Positions 1 through 14,000 of a DNA stretch of 64,000 nt are shown in pieces (positions within the stretch are counted from its first letter, which is position 1; every line of letters begins with the position of its first letter). Source of the DNA: Eledone cirrhosa (lineage: Eukaryota); assembly GCA_964016885.1 (NCBI GenBank), contig OZ024742.1, positions 274,970,001 through 275,034,000 of the forward strand, given 5' to 3'. The notes below the pieces were generated by a model that saw only the letters and a program-made list of their open reading frames with translations, was not told the origin of the DNA and ran no database searches. Both the position numbers and the translations under genes were made by a program.

Positions 1-2785
1 GTGGTCCACCAAAGACCGGATCGTGGCTTTGTTGCCACGACGCGCCTCCGCCACTCGGGCCCATTGAACGGCTTTCGTCCCCTTGTGTCTGAGAGCACGC
101 ACCCTAGCTCTGACAACGCAGCCTTCGTGCTTTGCATTGAAGAATTGGTCAAGGGCCAATTTCGCCGCAAGTACGTCGGTCGCGATGCCTTTGCTAAGCG
201 CCTCATCTAATTTTCTAACTAATTCTCCCTCTGCTCTATTTTTCTCTATTGCTGAAGTCTTACTAAACCTAATGGACTCTATTCTAATTGCTCTTTTCAG
301 AGCAAACCACCACTTGTTGTTGACGATGGCCCCCGTCAACGCCCGCTTAACTAGTTCGCTAATCCGGTCTCTGTAGGCCATGCTCGCTGGTAAGGACGCG
401 TTTAATTTCCAGTAGCCGGGTCCTCGTCTATGAAGCCTATCTAAGTCAAGCACACAGATCACGAATTTGTGGTCCGTGTAGCTGACTATCTTGAATTGTG
501 GACAGCCTATGCTAGACCTATCTATTTCCCTACAAAATACTCTATCTAGATATGATCTGGATGACGCTATGCGATTTGTCCAAGTCCACATTGGTACATT
601 CGGGAAATCCATTCGGTACCTGTCAGACAGTTCAAAACGTCTGAGCAGGTTGGTGAGACTCTTGCACCCTCCTTCCCTATCCACTAATCCCACACAATCC
701 CAGCGTGCATCTAAGATCCCGTTCCAGTCGCCCACTAACACTAAAGAGCGGGACGTTCCAAGAAAGGTCTCCAGACGCCGGAAGAAATCAGGCCGCCCTG
801 CTCCTGTCGGGTCATAGACGGCCACTAACCTGAAAGCTTGCCCGTCTCCGCTGGTCACGTCCAGCACCACCAACTTACCTTCTGGGTCCAGGAAGATGGC
901 CCGTATGGCAAGATCCAAACCTCTCCGAAAAAGCACAGCAACTCCTCCCCCCGATCCCGGACGGCTGGGAGATGCGTACACATCGTAGCCGCCGGAGATC
1001 GGTGCGAAAGACTGTGCTTCGGAGATTCTGGTCTCGCTGATAGCCACTACATCTATGTTTAGTGACCTGAGGTCGTTGAGCAGGTGGCCTGCTTCCATGA
1101 CGACCCCAAGCCACGCGCATTTATGCTGCCTATTCTAAATGAGGTCATGTTGAAAAGGAGTGGAAAAGATGGGAAAGACCACTTACCTTACTTCTCGTAG
1201 GGAAAGGACGGCTTTTCCATCCTTTTCACTGCTTGTGGCCTCCTCAGGAAGGATGTCCTTATAAATCCTCCTGGAGAGTGCTTGTCGGAAGTCTCCGATG
1301 TCTTTGGGGAATTTTTGTTTAAGTGTCATGTACGTTTTCTGTGTGATGCGAGTGATTTGTATGTGTGGAGGTGGTGTGAATTTTGGGGTTGTTGTGTAGT
1401 CTTTTTCTGTGATGCTGGTGTTGTGTTGGATGTAGTGTAATAATTGCTTGTTGTTCAAATTTAATGCTGTGTAGTGTGTATCGTTTTGGTTGTTTTGTTT
1501 TGTTTGCGTTTGTTGTGGGTTTGTTTCTGTTTCGCATTTTGGTGACTTTTGTGGTGTAGGTGATGGTGGTGCTGGGGATAATGATGGTGATGGTGTTGGT
1601 GTTTGGGTTGATGGGGTTGGTGATGCTGGTGTGGATGGTGGCATATCTGTCCTAACTTTTTTGTTTCTTAGTTTATTTGTTTCCCCCTGTATTTTGTTTT
1701 TGGAGGTGGAAGGAAGAGAATTTTTTTCTTTTTTGGTTTCTTTTTTTTTTCCGGATATCGTTTCCCACTCCTCGTCGTCACAATCTGTCTCCAGTTGTGA
1801 TAGGCCGGGGAGTGGAAAATCCTCCACAGCCGTTAGTTTTGGTTGTGGTGTGGTGGATGGTGTAGGCGCTGGTGCTAGTTCTGAAGCGTTGGGTGGTGGT
1901 GGTGTTGGTTTTGCTGGTGGTGGTAGTGGTGTTGGTTTTGCTACTGTTGCTGGGGTTGTTGCTGTTATAGTTGCTTCTGTTGTTGCTGCTACAGTTGTTG
2001 CTGCCATCTCTGCTACTGGTGGTGTTGATGGTTGTGTCACTGGGGTGGGTAGGAGAGGTGGCCTCAACCTTTTAGCCTGAGGGCAGAAAGCCCTTAGGTG
2101 GGTTCCTTCACCACAAACGACACACCTAGGTCTTCTGCCCTCGACAATTACCGTGAGGTGGCTGCCGTCAGTGAGGTCTATTACCTCTGGGATCTCCTCA
2201 ATGCTTTTTTGGTCCGCTTGGATCAGGAGCTCCATCCCAGATCAGGACCAGTTTTCCTGCTTTTCTTTTGCTACTGCTATTATTTTCGTGTTGGCTTCGA
2301 TGCCGGCGAGGACAGCCGCTATTAGCCAGGGAATTTCGATGGCCGGTGGAACGTGGGTCACCCTGATCTTTACGAGTCTCTGGCCACAATAGCTTGGGAC
2401 GAGTGTGAGGTCGTCACTTTTTAATGGGGCCATGGAGTGTTCTCTAGCCTCCTCTGGTGTTTCAAAGAACACATCCACGGTTCCATACTTTTGCCCACGT
2501 CTGATGTGGGTTTTTCTTGCCCACACATGTCCCAAAGCTTTTTGGATTTGGGACTCGGATGCCCGTTCCACTCGGCGTGATTTTACATTTATTGTTCTAT
2601 ACGACACGGTGCACAGGCGCCGATGCTCCATTTTATTAGGTGGTGGGGTAAGGCTGACCCTGTACCCATCTTTCTTTACCATTTGTTTGGCATTTTCTAA
2701 ATCTTCTTGAGTTACCGTGAACGCTTCGAATTGTTTTGCTACGATGGCGAAACTGAGGGTCGGTTTTATAATGTCATTGTTGTTG
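1..2785 (-). mobile_element. Tx1/L1-clade non-LTR retrotransposon copy A2 (3' part of ORF1 plus start of ORF2, runs off window)
   Basis: Near-identical to 4507-6935. ORF1 part has C-x2-C-x4-H-x4-C knuckle (RCVVCGEGTHLRAFC). ORF2 starts at 1148 with MTSFRIGSINARGLG (APE start), followed by LDR and DHK APE motifs. Confidence 0.85.
1183..2785 (-). pseudogene. Tx1-like ORF1 (gag-like, CCHC zinc knuckle, Pro/Thr-rich), one in-frame stop at 2242-2244
   Basis: ORF track 1183..2235 plus C-terminus of 2242..5118; TGA here versus GGA in the sister copy. Confidence 0.8.
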
Positions 2786-5305
2786 GCTAGTTGATTTTCA
2801 TCGACGCCTAGAGTTTCTCCAAGTACGTCGTCGCTCTTCCCCTCCACTAATCCTCTATAGAACGCCAAGGTGGAGTTTCCACCGATCACATTGCCCGATT
2901 GGTCGAGGGCTGTGAGCGCCTGAAGACATTCCAGTCTCCAAGCGCTCCCTCTCGGTCTTCGCTTGACCCAGGACTGCAGCTCCGTCAAGGAGACGAGCTG
3001 GGGAAAAACGTGTCTTGCAAACGGCGACCACACCTGATCACCGTCGAGGAAGAGGTGGAGATGTCGTAGCCTGAGCGCGTGTCTGCGCATCATCAGCCAC
3101 GGCATGCCCAGCCCTCCACGTAGCGGGTGTTGACAGCAGATGGACCGCCTGACCATCGGAGCGCGTCCCTTCCACGAGAAGCGAAAGAGCAAACGCTCCA
3201 GCGCAGTCAGGCGGGGCTTAGGACAAGGTACGACGGTCAGGCGGTAGTAGATGACGGATGCGATGTACGCATTCGCCACCTCCGCTCGACCTTTCAGGGA
3301 TAGCTTCCTCTCGGCCCATTTCTGGGTGAGAGAAGCCACCCTGCTCGTCACCTCGTCCCAGTTTTTGTCCGTCTGGAGGTCTGGACCGAACCAGACCCCT
3401 AGCAATTTAACCGGTCCGTCCGTCCAGCGCCCGACGACGCTGTTGGACGGCATGGACCTGCCTCTCCAGGTGCCGAGCTGCAGGCCCACTGACTTTTCCT
3501 GGTTGATCATTGCTCCTGTCACCGCTTCGTATTCTCTTAGTGTAGTGCCGATCGCCTCGATGTGTTTGGCGTTCGAAACCACTACGGTGACATCGTCGGC
3601 ATATGCTGACACGGATCTTCCGCATCCTAGTTCGCGCGGGACCCCCCTCAACGTCTCCAGTTTGTGCCGTAATGGCTCGAGAGTCAATACGTACAATAGG
3701 GACGAGAGGGGACATCCTTGGCGGACCGAGCGCATGATGTTGAACGGTTCCGAAAGGTGACCGTTCACTCTCACTACAGAGCAGATGTCGCTGTGCATGG
3801 CAGCGATCCAGCCTCTGAAGACGGGCCCAAAGCCAGCCGCCCTCAGGACAGCCGTTAGGTAACGATGGTCGACCCTATCGAAGGCTTTCGACTGATCTAA
3901 ATTGATCAAAGACCCACGCGTGCCAGGTTCCCTAGCTACCCTCTCTACGATGTATCGCATGAGGTGGAGGTTGTCGTGGATGGATCTGTCGGGAATGGCG
4001 CATGTCAGTGCTTCTCCCACCAGACCACCAACGACAAGCGCCAACCTCTTTGCTAGCACCTTGGCCAAAATCTTGAACTCTGTGTTTAGCAGAGTTATGG
4101 GCCTAAAATTATCTATGTTATCCCCCTTGTTCGGATCCTTTCTCAGCAGCGCCACCGCTCCTCGGCTCACAGAGCTGGGAATTCTCCCGTTCTGTTGCCA
4201 GTTGCAGTAGACGTCCGCCAAGAGGCCTCCGAACAAGTTTGGCATTTGTACGTAAAGTTCATAGGGCAGACCATCCAAACCAGGCGATTTACCCCTTGTG
4301 CAACTAGTCATTGCATCCCGTACTTCAGCGGTTGTTATCGGCTTTTCGCAACACTCCGCCTCAGTGGCCGAAAGCCGCGGCAGTCCGTCGAGGTAGACAC
4401 TAAAGTCCATCCCTCGATCTGGCCCGCCACTGCCCCCGAACAGTTGAGCGAAGTGTCGCTGAAAAGCTTCACACATTTGCCCGGGATCGAGTAGCATGCG
4501 CCCGTCGTGGTCCACCAAAGACCGGATCGTGGCTTTGTTGCCTCGACGCGCCTCCGCCACTCGGGCCCATTGAACGGCTTTCGTCCCCTCGTGTCTGAGA
4601 GCACGCACCCTAGCTCTGACAACGCAGCCTTCGTGCTTTGCATTGAAGAATTGGTCAAGGGCCAATTTCGCCGCAAGTACGTCGGTCGCGATGCCTTTGC
4701 TAAGCGCCTCATCTAATTTTCTAACTAATTCTCCCTCTGCTCTATTTTTCTCTATTGCTAAAGTCTTACTAAACCTAATGGACTCTATTCTAATTGCTCT
4801 TTTCAGAGCAAACCACCACTTGTTGTTGACGATGGCCCCCGTCAACGCCCGCTTAACTAGTTCGCTAATCCGGTCTCTGTAGGCCTTGCGCGCTGGTAAG
4901 GACGCGTTTAACTTCCAGTAGCCGGGTCCTCGTCTATGAAGCCTATCTAAGTCAAGCACACAGATCACGAATTTGTGGTCCGTGTAGCTGACTATCTTGA
5001 ATTGTGGACAGCCTATGCTAGACCTATCTATTTCCCTACAAAATACTCTATCTAGATATGATCTGGATGACGCTATGCGATTTGTCCAAGTCCACATTGG
5101 TACATTCGGGAAATCCATTCGGTACCTGTCAGACAGTTCAAAACGTCTGAGCAGGTTGGTGAGACTCTTCCACCCTCCTGATTCTGGTCTCGCTGATGGC
5201 CACTACATCTATGTTTAGTGACCTGAGGTCGTTGAGCAGGTGGCCCTGCTTCCATGACGACCCCAAGCCACGCGCATTTATGCTGCCTATTCTGAGTGAG
5301 GTCAT
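2786..5305 (-). pseudogene. ORF2 APE endonuclease + reverse transcriptase (about 349-bp deletion in APE)
   Basis: [54 protein letters not shown] motifs; deletion at ~5179 relative to 673-1023. Confidence 0.92.
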
Positions 5306-5339
5306 GTTGAAAAGGAATGGAAAAGATGGGAAAGACCAC

Positions 5340-7326
5340 TTACCTTACTTCTGGTAGGGGAAGGACGGTTTTTCCATCCTTTTCACTGCTTGTGGCCTCC
5401 TCAGGAAGGATGTCCTTATAAATCCTCCTGGAGAGTGCTTGTCGGAAGTCTCCGATGTCTTTGGGGAATTTTTGTTTTAGTGTCATGTACGTTTTCTGTG
5501 TGATGCGAGTGATTTGTATGTGTGGAGGTGGTGTGAATTTTGGGGTTGTTGTGTAGTCTTTTTCTGTGATGCTGGTGTTGTGTTGGATGTAGTGCAATAA
5601 TTGCTTGTTGTTCAAATTTAATGCTGTGTAGTGTGTATCGTTTTGGTTGTTTTGTTTTGTTTGCGTTTGTTGTGGGTTTGTTTCTGTTTCGCATTTTGGT
5701 GACTTTTGTGGTGTAGGTGATGGTGGTGTTGGAGTTAATGATGGTGATGGTGTTGGTGTTTGGGTTGATGGGGTTGGTGATGCTGGTGTGGATGGTGGCA
5801 TATCTGTCCTAACTTTTTTGTTTCTTAGTTTATTTGTTTCCCTCTGTATTTTGTTTTTGGAGGGGGAAGGAAGAGAATTTTTTCTTTTTTGGTATCTTTT
5901 TTTTTTCCGGATATCGTTTCCCACTCCTCGTCGTCACAATCTGTCTCCAGTTGTGATAGGCCGGGGAGTGGAAAATCCTCCACAGCCGTTAGTTTTGGTT
6001 GTGGTGTGGTGGATGGTGTAGGCGCTGGTGCTAGTTCTGAAGCGTTGGGTGGTGGTGGTGTTGGTTTTGCTGGTGGTGGTAGTGGTGTTGGTTTTGCTAC
6101 TGTTGCTGGGGTTGTTGCTGTTATAGTTGCTTCTGTTGTTGCTGCTACAGTAGTTGCTGGCATCTCTACTACTGGTGGTGTTGATGGTTGTGTCACTGGG
6201 GTGGGTAGGAGAGGTGGCCTCAACCTTTTAGCCTGAGGGCAGAAAGCCCTTAGGTGGGTTCCTTCACCACAAACGACACACCTAGGTCTTCTGCCCTCGA
6301 CAATTACCGTCAGGTGGCTGCCGTCAGTGAGGTCTATTACCTCTGGGATCTCCTCAATGCTTTTTTGGTCCGCTTGGATCGGGAGCTCCATCCCAGATCC
6401 GGACCAGTTTTCCTGCTTTTCTTTTGCTATTGTTATTATTTTCGTGTTGGCCTCGATGCCGGCGATGACAGCCGCTATTAGCCAGGGAATTTCGATGGCC
6501 GGTGGAACGTGGGTCACCCTGATCTTTACGAGTCTCTGGCCACAATAGCTTGGGACGAGTGCGAAGTCGTCACTTTTTAATGGGGCCATGGAGTGTTCTC
6601 TAGCCTCCTCTGGTGTTTCAAAGAACACATCCACGGTTCCATACTTTTGCCCACGTCTGATGTGGGTTTTTCTTGCCCACACATGTCCCAAAGCTTTTTG
6701 GATTTGGGACTCGGATGCCCGTTCCACTCGGCGCGATTTTACATTTATTGTTCTATACGACACGGTGCATAGGCGCCGATGCTCCATTTTATTAGGTGGG
6801 GGGTGAGGCTGACCCTGTACCCATCTTTCTTTACCATTTGTTTGGCATTTTCTAAATCTTCTTGAGTTATCGTGAACGCTTCGAATTGTTTTGCTACGCT
6901 GGCGAAACTGAGGGTCGGTTTTATAATGTCATTGTTGTTGTTGTTGCTATCGTTAATATTAATTTTATTTTCAGTTGTGGTGGTGGTGACGTCAGTCGTC
7001 TTTGGTGGGGAAGAGTCCATTTTGCTTGATTTCATTTCGACGTCACGAGTTACTTTATTTTTTTCTTCTTTTGTTTCTGTTGTCGCGGTGGTGGTGGTGG
7101 TGGTGGTTGTCGCGGTGGTGGTGGTGGTGGTGGAGGGTTTAACGCCTGCAGTCATTGGTAATGGCGGGAAATGAATGTCTGCCTGAGACAAATTTAAAAT
7201 ATTGCTACTGCTTATATTTTTTTTTGTGTTGGCAAACGTAGTAACATTTACAATGGTGGTGTCGGTGTGAGGTGTTATTTTGTGAGGAAGGCTTTCAGCT
7301 GCTTCGTGCAGAGGGGAATTAGCCAT
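5340..7326 (-). pseudogene. Tx1-like ORF1, two frameshifts in homopolymer runs
   Basis: Overlapping ORFs 6745..7326, 5825..6787, 5340..5924 join into the protein seen at 1183-2785. Confidence 0.85.
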
Positions 7327-7535
7327 TTTTTTTCAAAGAAATTTTTGGATAATAATAAAAGTTAAAATTTTGGGCACAAGGCCCCAATCTTTTTGGGTGT
7401 CCTTCTCGGAAAACAATGTATGTGTGCTTATAAACAGTTTACAATAAAAGTTTCCATAAATGGCAATTTTTAAACAAACGTAAATAACAAACCTTTGCGG
7501 AGCTCAAGATAATACGATTTCCTACGTAGGTCGCC

Positions 7536-7576
<41 letters not shown>
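7536..7576. repeat. (AAT)n microsatellite between Tx1 5' end and Dong-like fragment
   Basis: Direct reading. Confidence 0.97.
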
Positions 7577-7577
<1 letters not shown>

Positions 7578-8752
7578 GTGGGTTAATCCAGTTAGACATT
7601 GCGTTGAAAACTGCAACAATTGGATTATCCACATATCTAAGGGAATCACATGATTGGATGATCAAACTCGTTTTGAAACACGAAAGCACCAAAAGATCAT
7701 ATTCCATTACAAAAGATGCACAAAGATACAGTAATGGACTACAAATTTCAGAAGTCCCATTTACTGCTGAAATGGAAAACACAGAAAAAGCAAAGCAGGT
7801 AAAAGTAACTGCAAAGAAAGAACTGCTACAGAAACTGGCTAAGAAATGGCAAGAAAAGCCTCTGTATGGAAAATACACAGAGCGAGCTAACAATCCTGAT
7901 GTTGACAAAACTTTAACCCATCAGTGGTTGGCATCCTCTGGACTGAAATCGGAGACTGAAGGACTGATTATATCCGCACAAGATCAGTGTCTGCCAACAA
8001 AAAATTACCAAGCCAACATAATAAAAAATGGGTGCAGCCCATTATGCCGTGTATGCAAAAAACAACCAGAGACCATTGACCATATAATTTCAATGTGCAG
8101 TCCTATAGCTCCAACCGAATACCTAAACAGGCATGACAGAGCTGCACAATACATACATTGGATAATGTGTAAGCATTTTGACCTGCCCCATCAAAAGAAT
8201 TGGTGGGAGCATCAACCACCTCCCATACTTGAAAAAGATCACATCTCAATCTTGTGGAACTTTAGCATCCAAACAGACCGAAAAATAGATGCAAATAGAC
8301 CTGATATAATATTGAAGGACTTTCAAAGGAGGGTATGCCTGCTAATTGATATGTCTGTTCCAATAGACAAGAATGTATCTATAAAAACATTTGAAAAATT
8401 GAGCAAGTATAAGGACCTGGAGATAGAAATTGGAAAAATGTGGAAATTGAGAACTAAAACAATACCAGTGGTTGTAGGCGCTCTGGGAATGATACCTAAG
8501 GGGTCTAACGACTACTTATCGCAAATCCCAGGAAACCCGCGTATAGGAGAAATACAAAAGATAGTACTAATGGGAACTGCCCATATACTAAGGAAGATCC
8601 TGTCAATATAAGTACATCACAAGTCTAAACACTAAGGATGCATGTGTGAATATGTGTGTTCTTTCTTGAACATGGCGGACCTTGTTGTCTCTTGAGGTCA
8701 CTGGTTGTGACTTGGTGATAACTCGTATAAACATAAAGCAAGATAAATGCAA
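7577..8752 (+). mobile_element. 5'-truncated R4/Dong-like retrotransposon (CCHC + restriction-like endonuclease, 3'UTR)
   Basis: ORF 7604..8611: CRVC...ETIDHIISMC, RHD, NRPDI, ID, KLSKY, PVVVGALG; near-identical to the reverse complement of 11083-12240. Confidence 0.9.
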
Positions 8753-8775
8753 ATAATAATAATAATAATAATAAT
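8753..8775. repeat. (AAT)n shared by the tails of Dong-like (+) and Tx1 (-) copies
   Basis: Direct reading. Confidence 0.95.
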
Positions 8776-10864
8776 GATTACTTTATTAACCACAAGGGTT
8801 TACATAAAGTAGACATTAAGGAGAGTACAGGACAATACAGGGCGGTACAAATGAGCATTTCTGCGTGTAAAAAAAACAAGAAACAGAGGATGTAATAATA
8901 GATTAATGAAAAAATTCCCCAATAGGGGGGAGACTTCCGAGGGACATTCGTGGAGAAAGCCCATTAAAAAGCCACAGTGACCCTGACCACCGGGGAAAGT
9001 GCCCTCTCCCAGTTTTCCACCTTTAATTTACAGACACATACTCAGAGTAGGCCCATTCACTCGGGCCATTCTTGCCTCTCTCACCCATCTTTCAACAAAA
9101 TGCTGGGAAGAGAGCACTTCCCTTTCTACCCTGATTTTTTTTTTCAAATGAAATTTGAAAAAGTAAATCAGGGCATCACCGAAGAGGTAAGTGCTCGTCT
9201 TCAGCCCTTTCAAACGTGTCCACCATACTATCTCTTTCGCCATGGCCACCAGACAGATAAAAACTGCCTGCCCTTCCCGGCTAAAGGAAGAGGGCGGGGC
9301 AATCCTCACGATGGACTCAGCTGATAGCCGGATCCGTCCTACACGTGACAGCAGGTGCTCGACATAAACCCACAAGTCAGCAATGCTCGGACACTGGACG
9401 AGTGCCTGCAGGACGGTTTCGTCGCCCTGCGCGCATCTCGGACATGCCCGGGTGACGGCACCTACATGCCTGTAGAGTTTATCCCGAACTGGCAAAGCTC
9501 CTACGTAGCACTGCCAAGCCATGGATTTCTGGAAGTTGTCCATAGGCCCCAACCCGAAAGTCCTTCCGAAGAGATTGGCTAGTTGATTTTCGTCGACGCC
9601 TAGAGTTTCTGCAAGTACGTCGTCGCTCTTCCCCTCCACTAATCCTCTATAGAACGCCGAGGTGGAGTTTCCACCGATCACATTGCCCGATTGGTCGAGG
9701 GCTGTGAGCGCCTGAAGACATTCCAGTCTCCAAGTTATCCCTCTCGGTCTTCGCTTGACCCAGGACTGCAGCTCCGTCAAGGAGACGAGCTGGGGAAAGA
9801 CGTGTCTAACAAACGGCGACGACACCTGATCACCGTCGAGGAAGAGGTGGAGATGTCGTAGCCTGAGCGCTTGTCTGTGCATCATCAGCCACGATATGCC
9901 CAGCCCTCCACGTAGCGGGTTTGACAACAGATGGACCGCCTGACCATCGGAGCGCGTCCCTTCCACAAAATGCGAAAGAGCACACGCTCCAGCGCAGTCA
10001 GGCGGGGCTTAGGACAAGGGACGACGGTCAGGCGGTAGTAGATGACAGACGTTAGCCACCTCCGCTCGACCTTTCAGGGATAGCTTCCTCTCGGCCCATT
10101 TCTGGGTGAGAGAAGCCACCCTGCTCGTCACCTTGTCCCAGTTTTTGTCCGTCTGGAGGTCCGGACCGAACCAGACCCCTAGCAATTTAACCGGTCCGTC
10201 CGTCCAGCGCCCGACGACGCTGTTGGACGGCATGGACCTGCCTCTCCAGGTGCCGACTTTTCCTGGTTGATCATTGCTCCTGTCACCGCTTCGTATTCTC
10301 TTAGTGTAGTGCCGATCGCCTCGATGTGTTTGGCGTTCGACACCACTACGGTGACATCGTCCGCATATGCTGACACGGATCTTCCGCATCCTAGTTCGCG
10401 CGGGACCCCCCTCAACGTCTCCAGTTTGTGCAGTAATGGCTCGAGAGTCAATATGTACAAGGCCGAGATGGGACATCCTTGGCGGACTGAGCGCATTATG
10501 TTGAACGGTTCCGAAAGGTGACCGTTTACTCTCACCACAGAGCAGATGTCGCTGTGCATGGCAGCGATCCAGTCTCTGAAGACGGGCCCAAAGCCAGCCG
10601 CCCTCAGGACTGCCGCTAGGTAACGATGGTCGACCCTATCGAAAGCTTTCGACTGATCTAAATTGATCAAGGACCCACCCGTGCCAGGTTCCCTAGCTAC
10701 CCTCTCTACGATGTATCGCATGAGGTGGAGGTTGTCGTGGATGGATCTATCGGGAATGGCGCACGTCTGCGCCTCTCCCACCAGACCACCAACGACAAGC
10801 GCCAACCTCTTTGCTAGCACCTTGGCCAAAATCTTGAACTCTGTGTTTAGCAGAGTTATGGGCC
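8776..10864 (-). mobile_element. 5'-truncated Tx1-like copy B (RT, C-terminal Cys/His domain, 3'UTR with AATAAA)
   Basis: ORFs 10179..10829 (YADD) and 9028..9966 (CPRC...ETVL..L..C); ends CCCTTGTGGTTAATAAAGTAATC-(ATT)n. Confidence 0.9.
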
Positions 10865-10869
10865 TGTGC

Positions 10870-10957
10870 TTGTATATTTATATCTATGCGTATGTGTGTG
10901 TGTATGTATATATATGTGTGTGTATGTACACATATATATATATATATGTATGTGTGA

Positions 10958-11010
<53 letters not shown>
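10870..11010. repeat. (TG/TA)n microsatellite
   Basis: Direct reading. Confidence 0.95.
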
Positions 11011-11014
<4 letters not shown>

Positions 11015-11082
11015 GGGTTTTTTTGTGCATCTGCTTACCTTGTGCGTTTGGTCATTTATTATTATATTATTATTATTATTAT

Positions 11083-14000
11083 TTGCATTTATCTTGCTTT
11101 ATGTTCATACGAGTTATCACCAAGTCACAACCAGTGACCTCAAGAGACAACAAGGTCCGCCATGTTCAAGAGAGAACATACATATTCACACATGCATCCT
11201 TAGTGTTTAGACTTGTGATGTACTTATATTGACAGGATCTTCCTTAGTATATGGGCAGTTCCCATTAGTACTATCTTTTGTATATCTCCTATACGCGGGT
11301 TTCCTGGGATTTGCGATAAGTAGTCGTTAGACCCATTAGGTATCATTCCCAGAGCGCCTACAACCACTGGTATTGTTTTAGTTCTCAATTTCCACATTTT
11401 TCCAATTTCTATCTCCAGGTCCTTATACTTGCTCAATTTTTCAAATGTTTTTATAGATACATTCTTGTCTATTGGAACAGACATATCAATTAGCAGGCAT
11501 ACCCTCCTTTGAAAGTCCTTCAATATTATATCAGGTCTATTTGCATCTATTTTTCGGTCTGTTTGGATGCTAAAGATTGAGATGTGATCTTTTTCAAGTA
11601 TGGGAGGTGGTTGATGCTCCCACCAATACTTTTGATGGGGCAGGTCAAAATGCTTACACATTATCCAATGTATGTATTGTGCAGCTCTGTCATGCCTGTT
11701 TAGGTATTCGGTTGGAGCTATAGGACTGCACATTGAAATTATATGGTCAATGGTCTCTGGTTGTTTTTTGTATACACGGCATAATGGGCTGCACCCATTT
11801 TTTATTATGTTGGCTTGGTAATTCTTTGTTGGCAGACACTGATCTTGTGCGGATATAATCAGTCCTTCAGTCTCCGATTTCAGTCCAGAGGATGCCAACC
11901 ACTGATGGGTTAAAGTTTTGTCAACATCAGGATTGTTAGCTCGCGCTGGGTATTTTCCATACAGAGGCTTTTCTTGCCATTTCTTAGCCAGTTTCTGTAG
12001 CAGTTCTTTCTTTGCAGTTACTTTTACCTGCTTTGCTTTTTCTGTGTTTTCCATTTCAGCAGTAAATGGGACTTCTGAAATTTGTAGTCCATTACTGTAT
12101 CTTTGTGCATCTTTTGTAATGGAATATGATCTTTTGGTGCTTTCGTGTTTCAAAACGAGTTTGATCATCCAATCATGTGATTCCCTTAGATATGTGGATA
12201 ATCCAATTGTTGCAGTTTTCTAACTGGATTAACCCACGTCCTCCTTCTTTCCTAGGGAGATATATTCTATCTATATCTGCCTGAGGGTGATGCATTCTGT
12301 GCATGGTTAAGAATTTTCGGATTTTTGTATCGAGCCTACGGATCTCTGTGCTTGACCAGTTGATGACATTGTAACTGTAGGTTACTACTGGTATGGCAAG
12401 CGTGTTTATGGCATCGATCCTATTCCTTGCATTCAATTCCGTTCTTAAGATTGCTCTGACTCTGCGGTAACATTCCTTCCTTATCCTTTCCCTCATTGTC
12501 GAGTGCTTGATTCCGTCTCCTTCACAAACACCTAGATATTTGTAAGTTTTTTCTTGATCAAGCTCTCTCATAACGTTCCCCCGATCAAGATTAATGTCTG
12601 AACTCTTCAGCAGCTTTCCTCTGGTGAACGTTGCTTTGGCGCATTTATCCAGTCCAAACTCCATTTTAATGTCATCACTGAACTGCTTCACAGTGGATAA
12701 TAGCCCTTGCAATTGTTCATCATTTTTTGTAAATAGTTTCAGGTCATCCATGTAGAACAGGTGATTAATGGTTTTATCATAGACTCTATATCCATGTTTT
12801 GTTTCATTGAGTATAAGTGCGATGCAGAATAAAAGCGGTGATAAAGAGTCACCCTGAAAAATTCCACAATTAATATTAACTTCTCCAGCTTCCAGTGATT
12901 TTGTTTCACTATTCAAAAGGAGTGTCGTTCTCCATGTCTTCATACTGAATGACAAAAACCTCCTGACAACGGGGGATATTTTGAAAATCTCTAAACATTT
13001 TTCAATCCAACTGTGTGGCAAACTATCGAATGCTTTTTTATAATCTATCCAAGCAATCGATAGATTTTTGTGTCTATTATGACAATCTTCCAGTATCATT
13101 TTGTTAACCAGAAGCTGATCCTTACAGCCATATGAGCTTCGTTTACATCATTTCTGCTCAATGGGAAATAGGTCATTTGTTATCAGGTGGTCATATGTGT
13201 ATTCAGTTAGGACTGATGTTAAAATGTTATACATTGTGGTCAAGCAGGTTATCGGTCTGTAATTTTTGGGATTGTTTGTCTCATCATTCTTCGGTAGCAG
13301 GAATGTAATGCCGTTAACTAGCCATGATGGTATCTTTTCTGGCTCCTTAACTATTTCATTGTAAAGTTGGGCTAACAGCTCATGAGACTCTGTGAAGGCA
13401 TTTATCCAAAAGTTTTGTATTTTGTCTTTTCCTGGGGATTTCCATTTGCTGGTTTTTCTTAGAGCCAAGCGCAACTGTTCAACTGTTATATTTTCCCATG
13501 TTTGTTCTTCAAGGTGAGCTGTTTCTTTCATTTGTCTGTCTATCCATGTGGCATGTATGTTATGAACTTTTTCTTCGGCCCAGATCTTTTCCCAGAATTC
13601 TTGCACTTCCTCCTTGGGTGGTATTGATTTAGCAGTTATTGTTGACTTACCAATTTTTCTGTAGAAGTTTCTTTGGTTGTTTTTGAACATATTATTGTCC
13701 TTATAGAATCTAGATCGTTTTTCAAAGCGCCTTATACGAGCAGCTTTGGCCGACACTTTTTGCTTGATTGTTTCTATCAGCATGTCTATGTCACATGTTG
13801 ATCTTATACTGTACTTTTTTTTCAATTTTCTAAGTTTAGTTTGTTTAACATGTTCACCTACTTTATAGTTTGTTAAAATTTCTATGTCAGATCGGAGAAG
13901 GTTTATTTGGCGATTGATGTTATCTTGCCAAGTAGATTTCTTGTGGGAATTCCTTTGTTTTTTCATCTTCACTCCACATAAGTGAGTGGTGACTTTAGCC

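Larger units (their letters stand above)
2786..7535 (-). mobile_element. Tx1/L1-clade element copy A1 with intact 5' end, 3'-truncated
   Basis: 5' end GGCGACCTACGTAGG abuts (ATT)n, the same junction as the copy at 18667; 5'UTR, ORF1, ORF2. Confidence 0.88.

Noticed and set aside
1490-4882. Plus-strand ORFs overlapping Tx1 ORFs
   Set aside because: Antisense shadows of the retrotransposon frames.
7361-7385. Tx1 5'UTR GGCCTTGTGCCCAAAA similar to SINE tail
   Set aside because: Short match, not conserved in copy D; likely chance.
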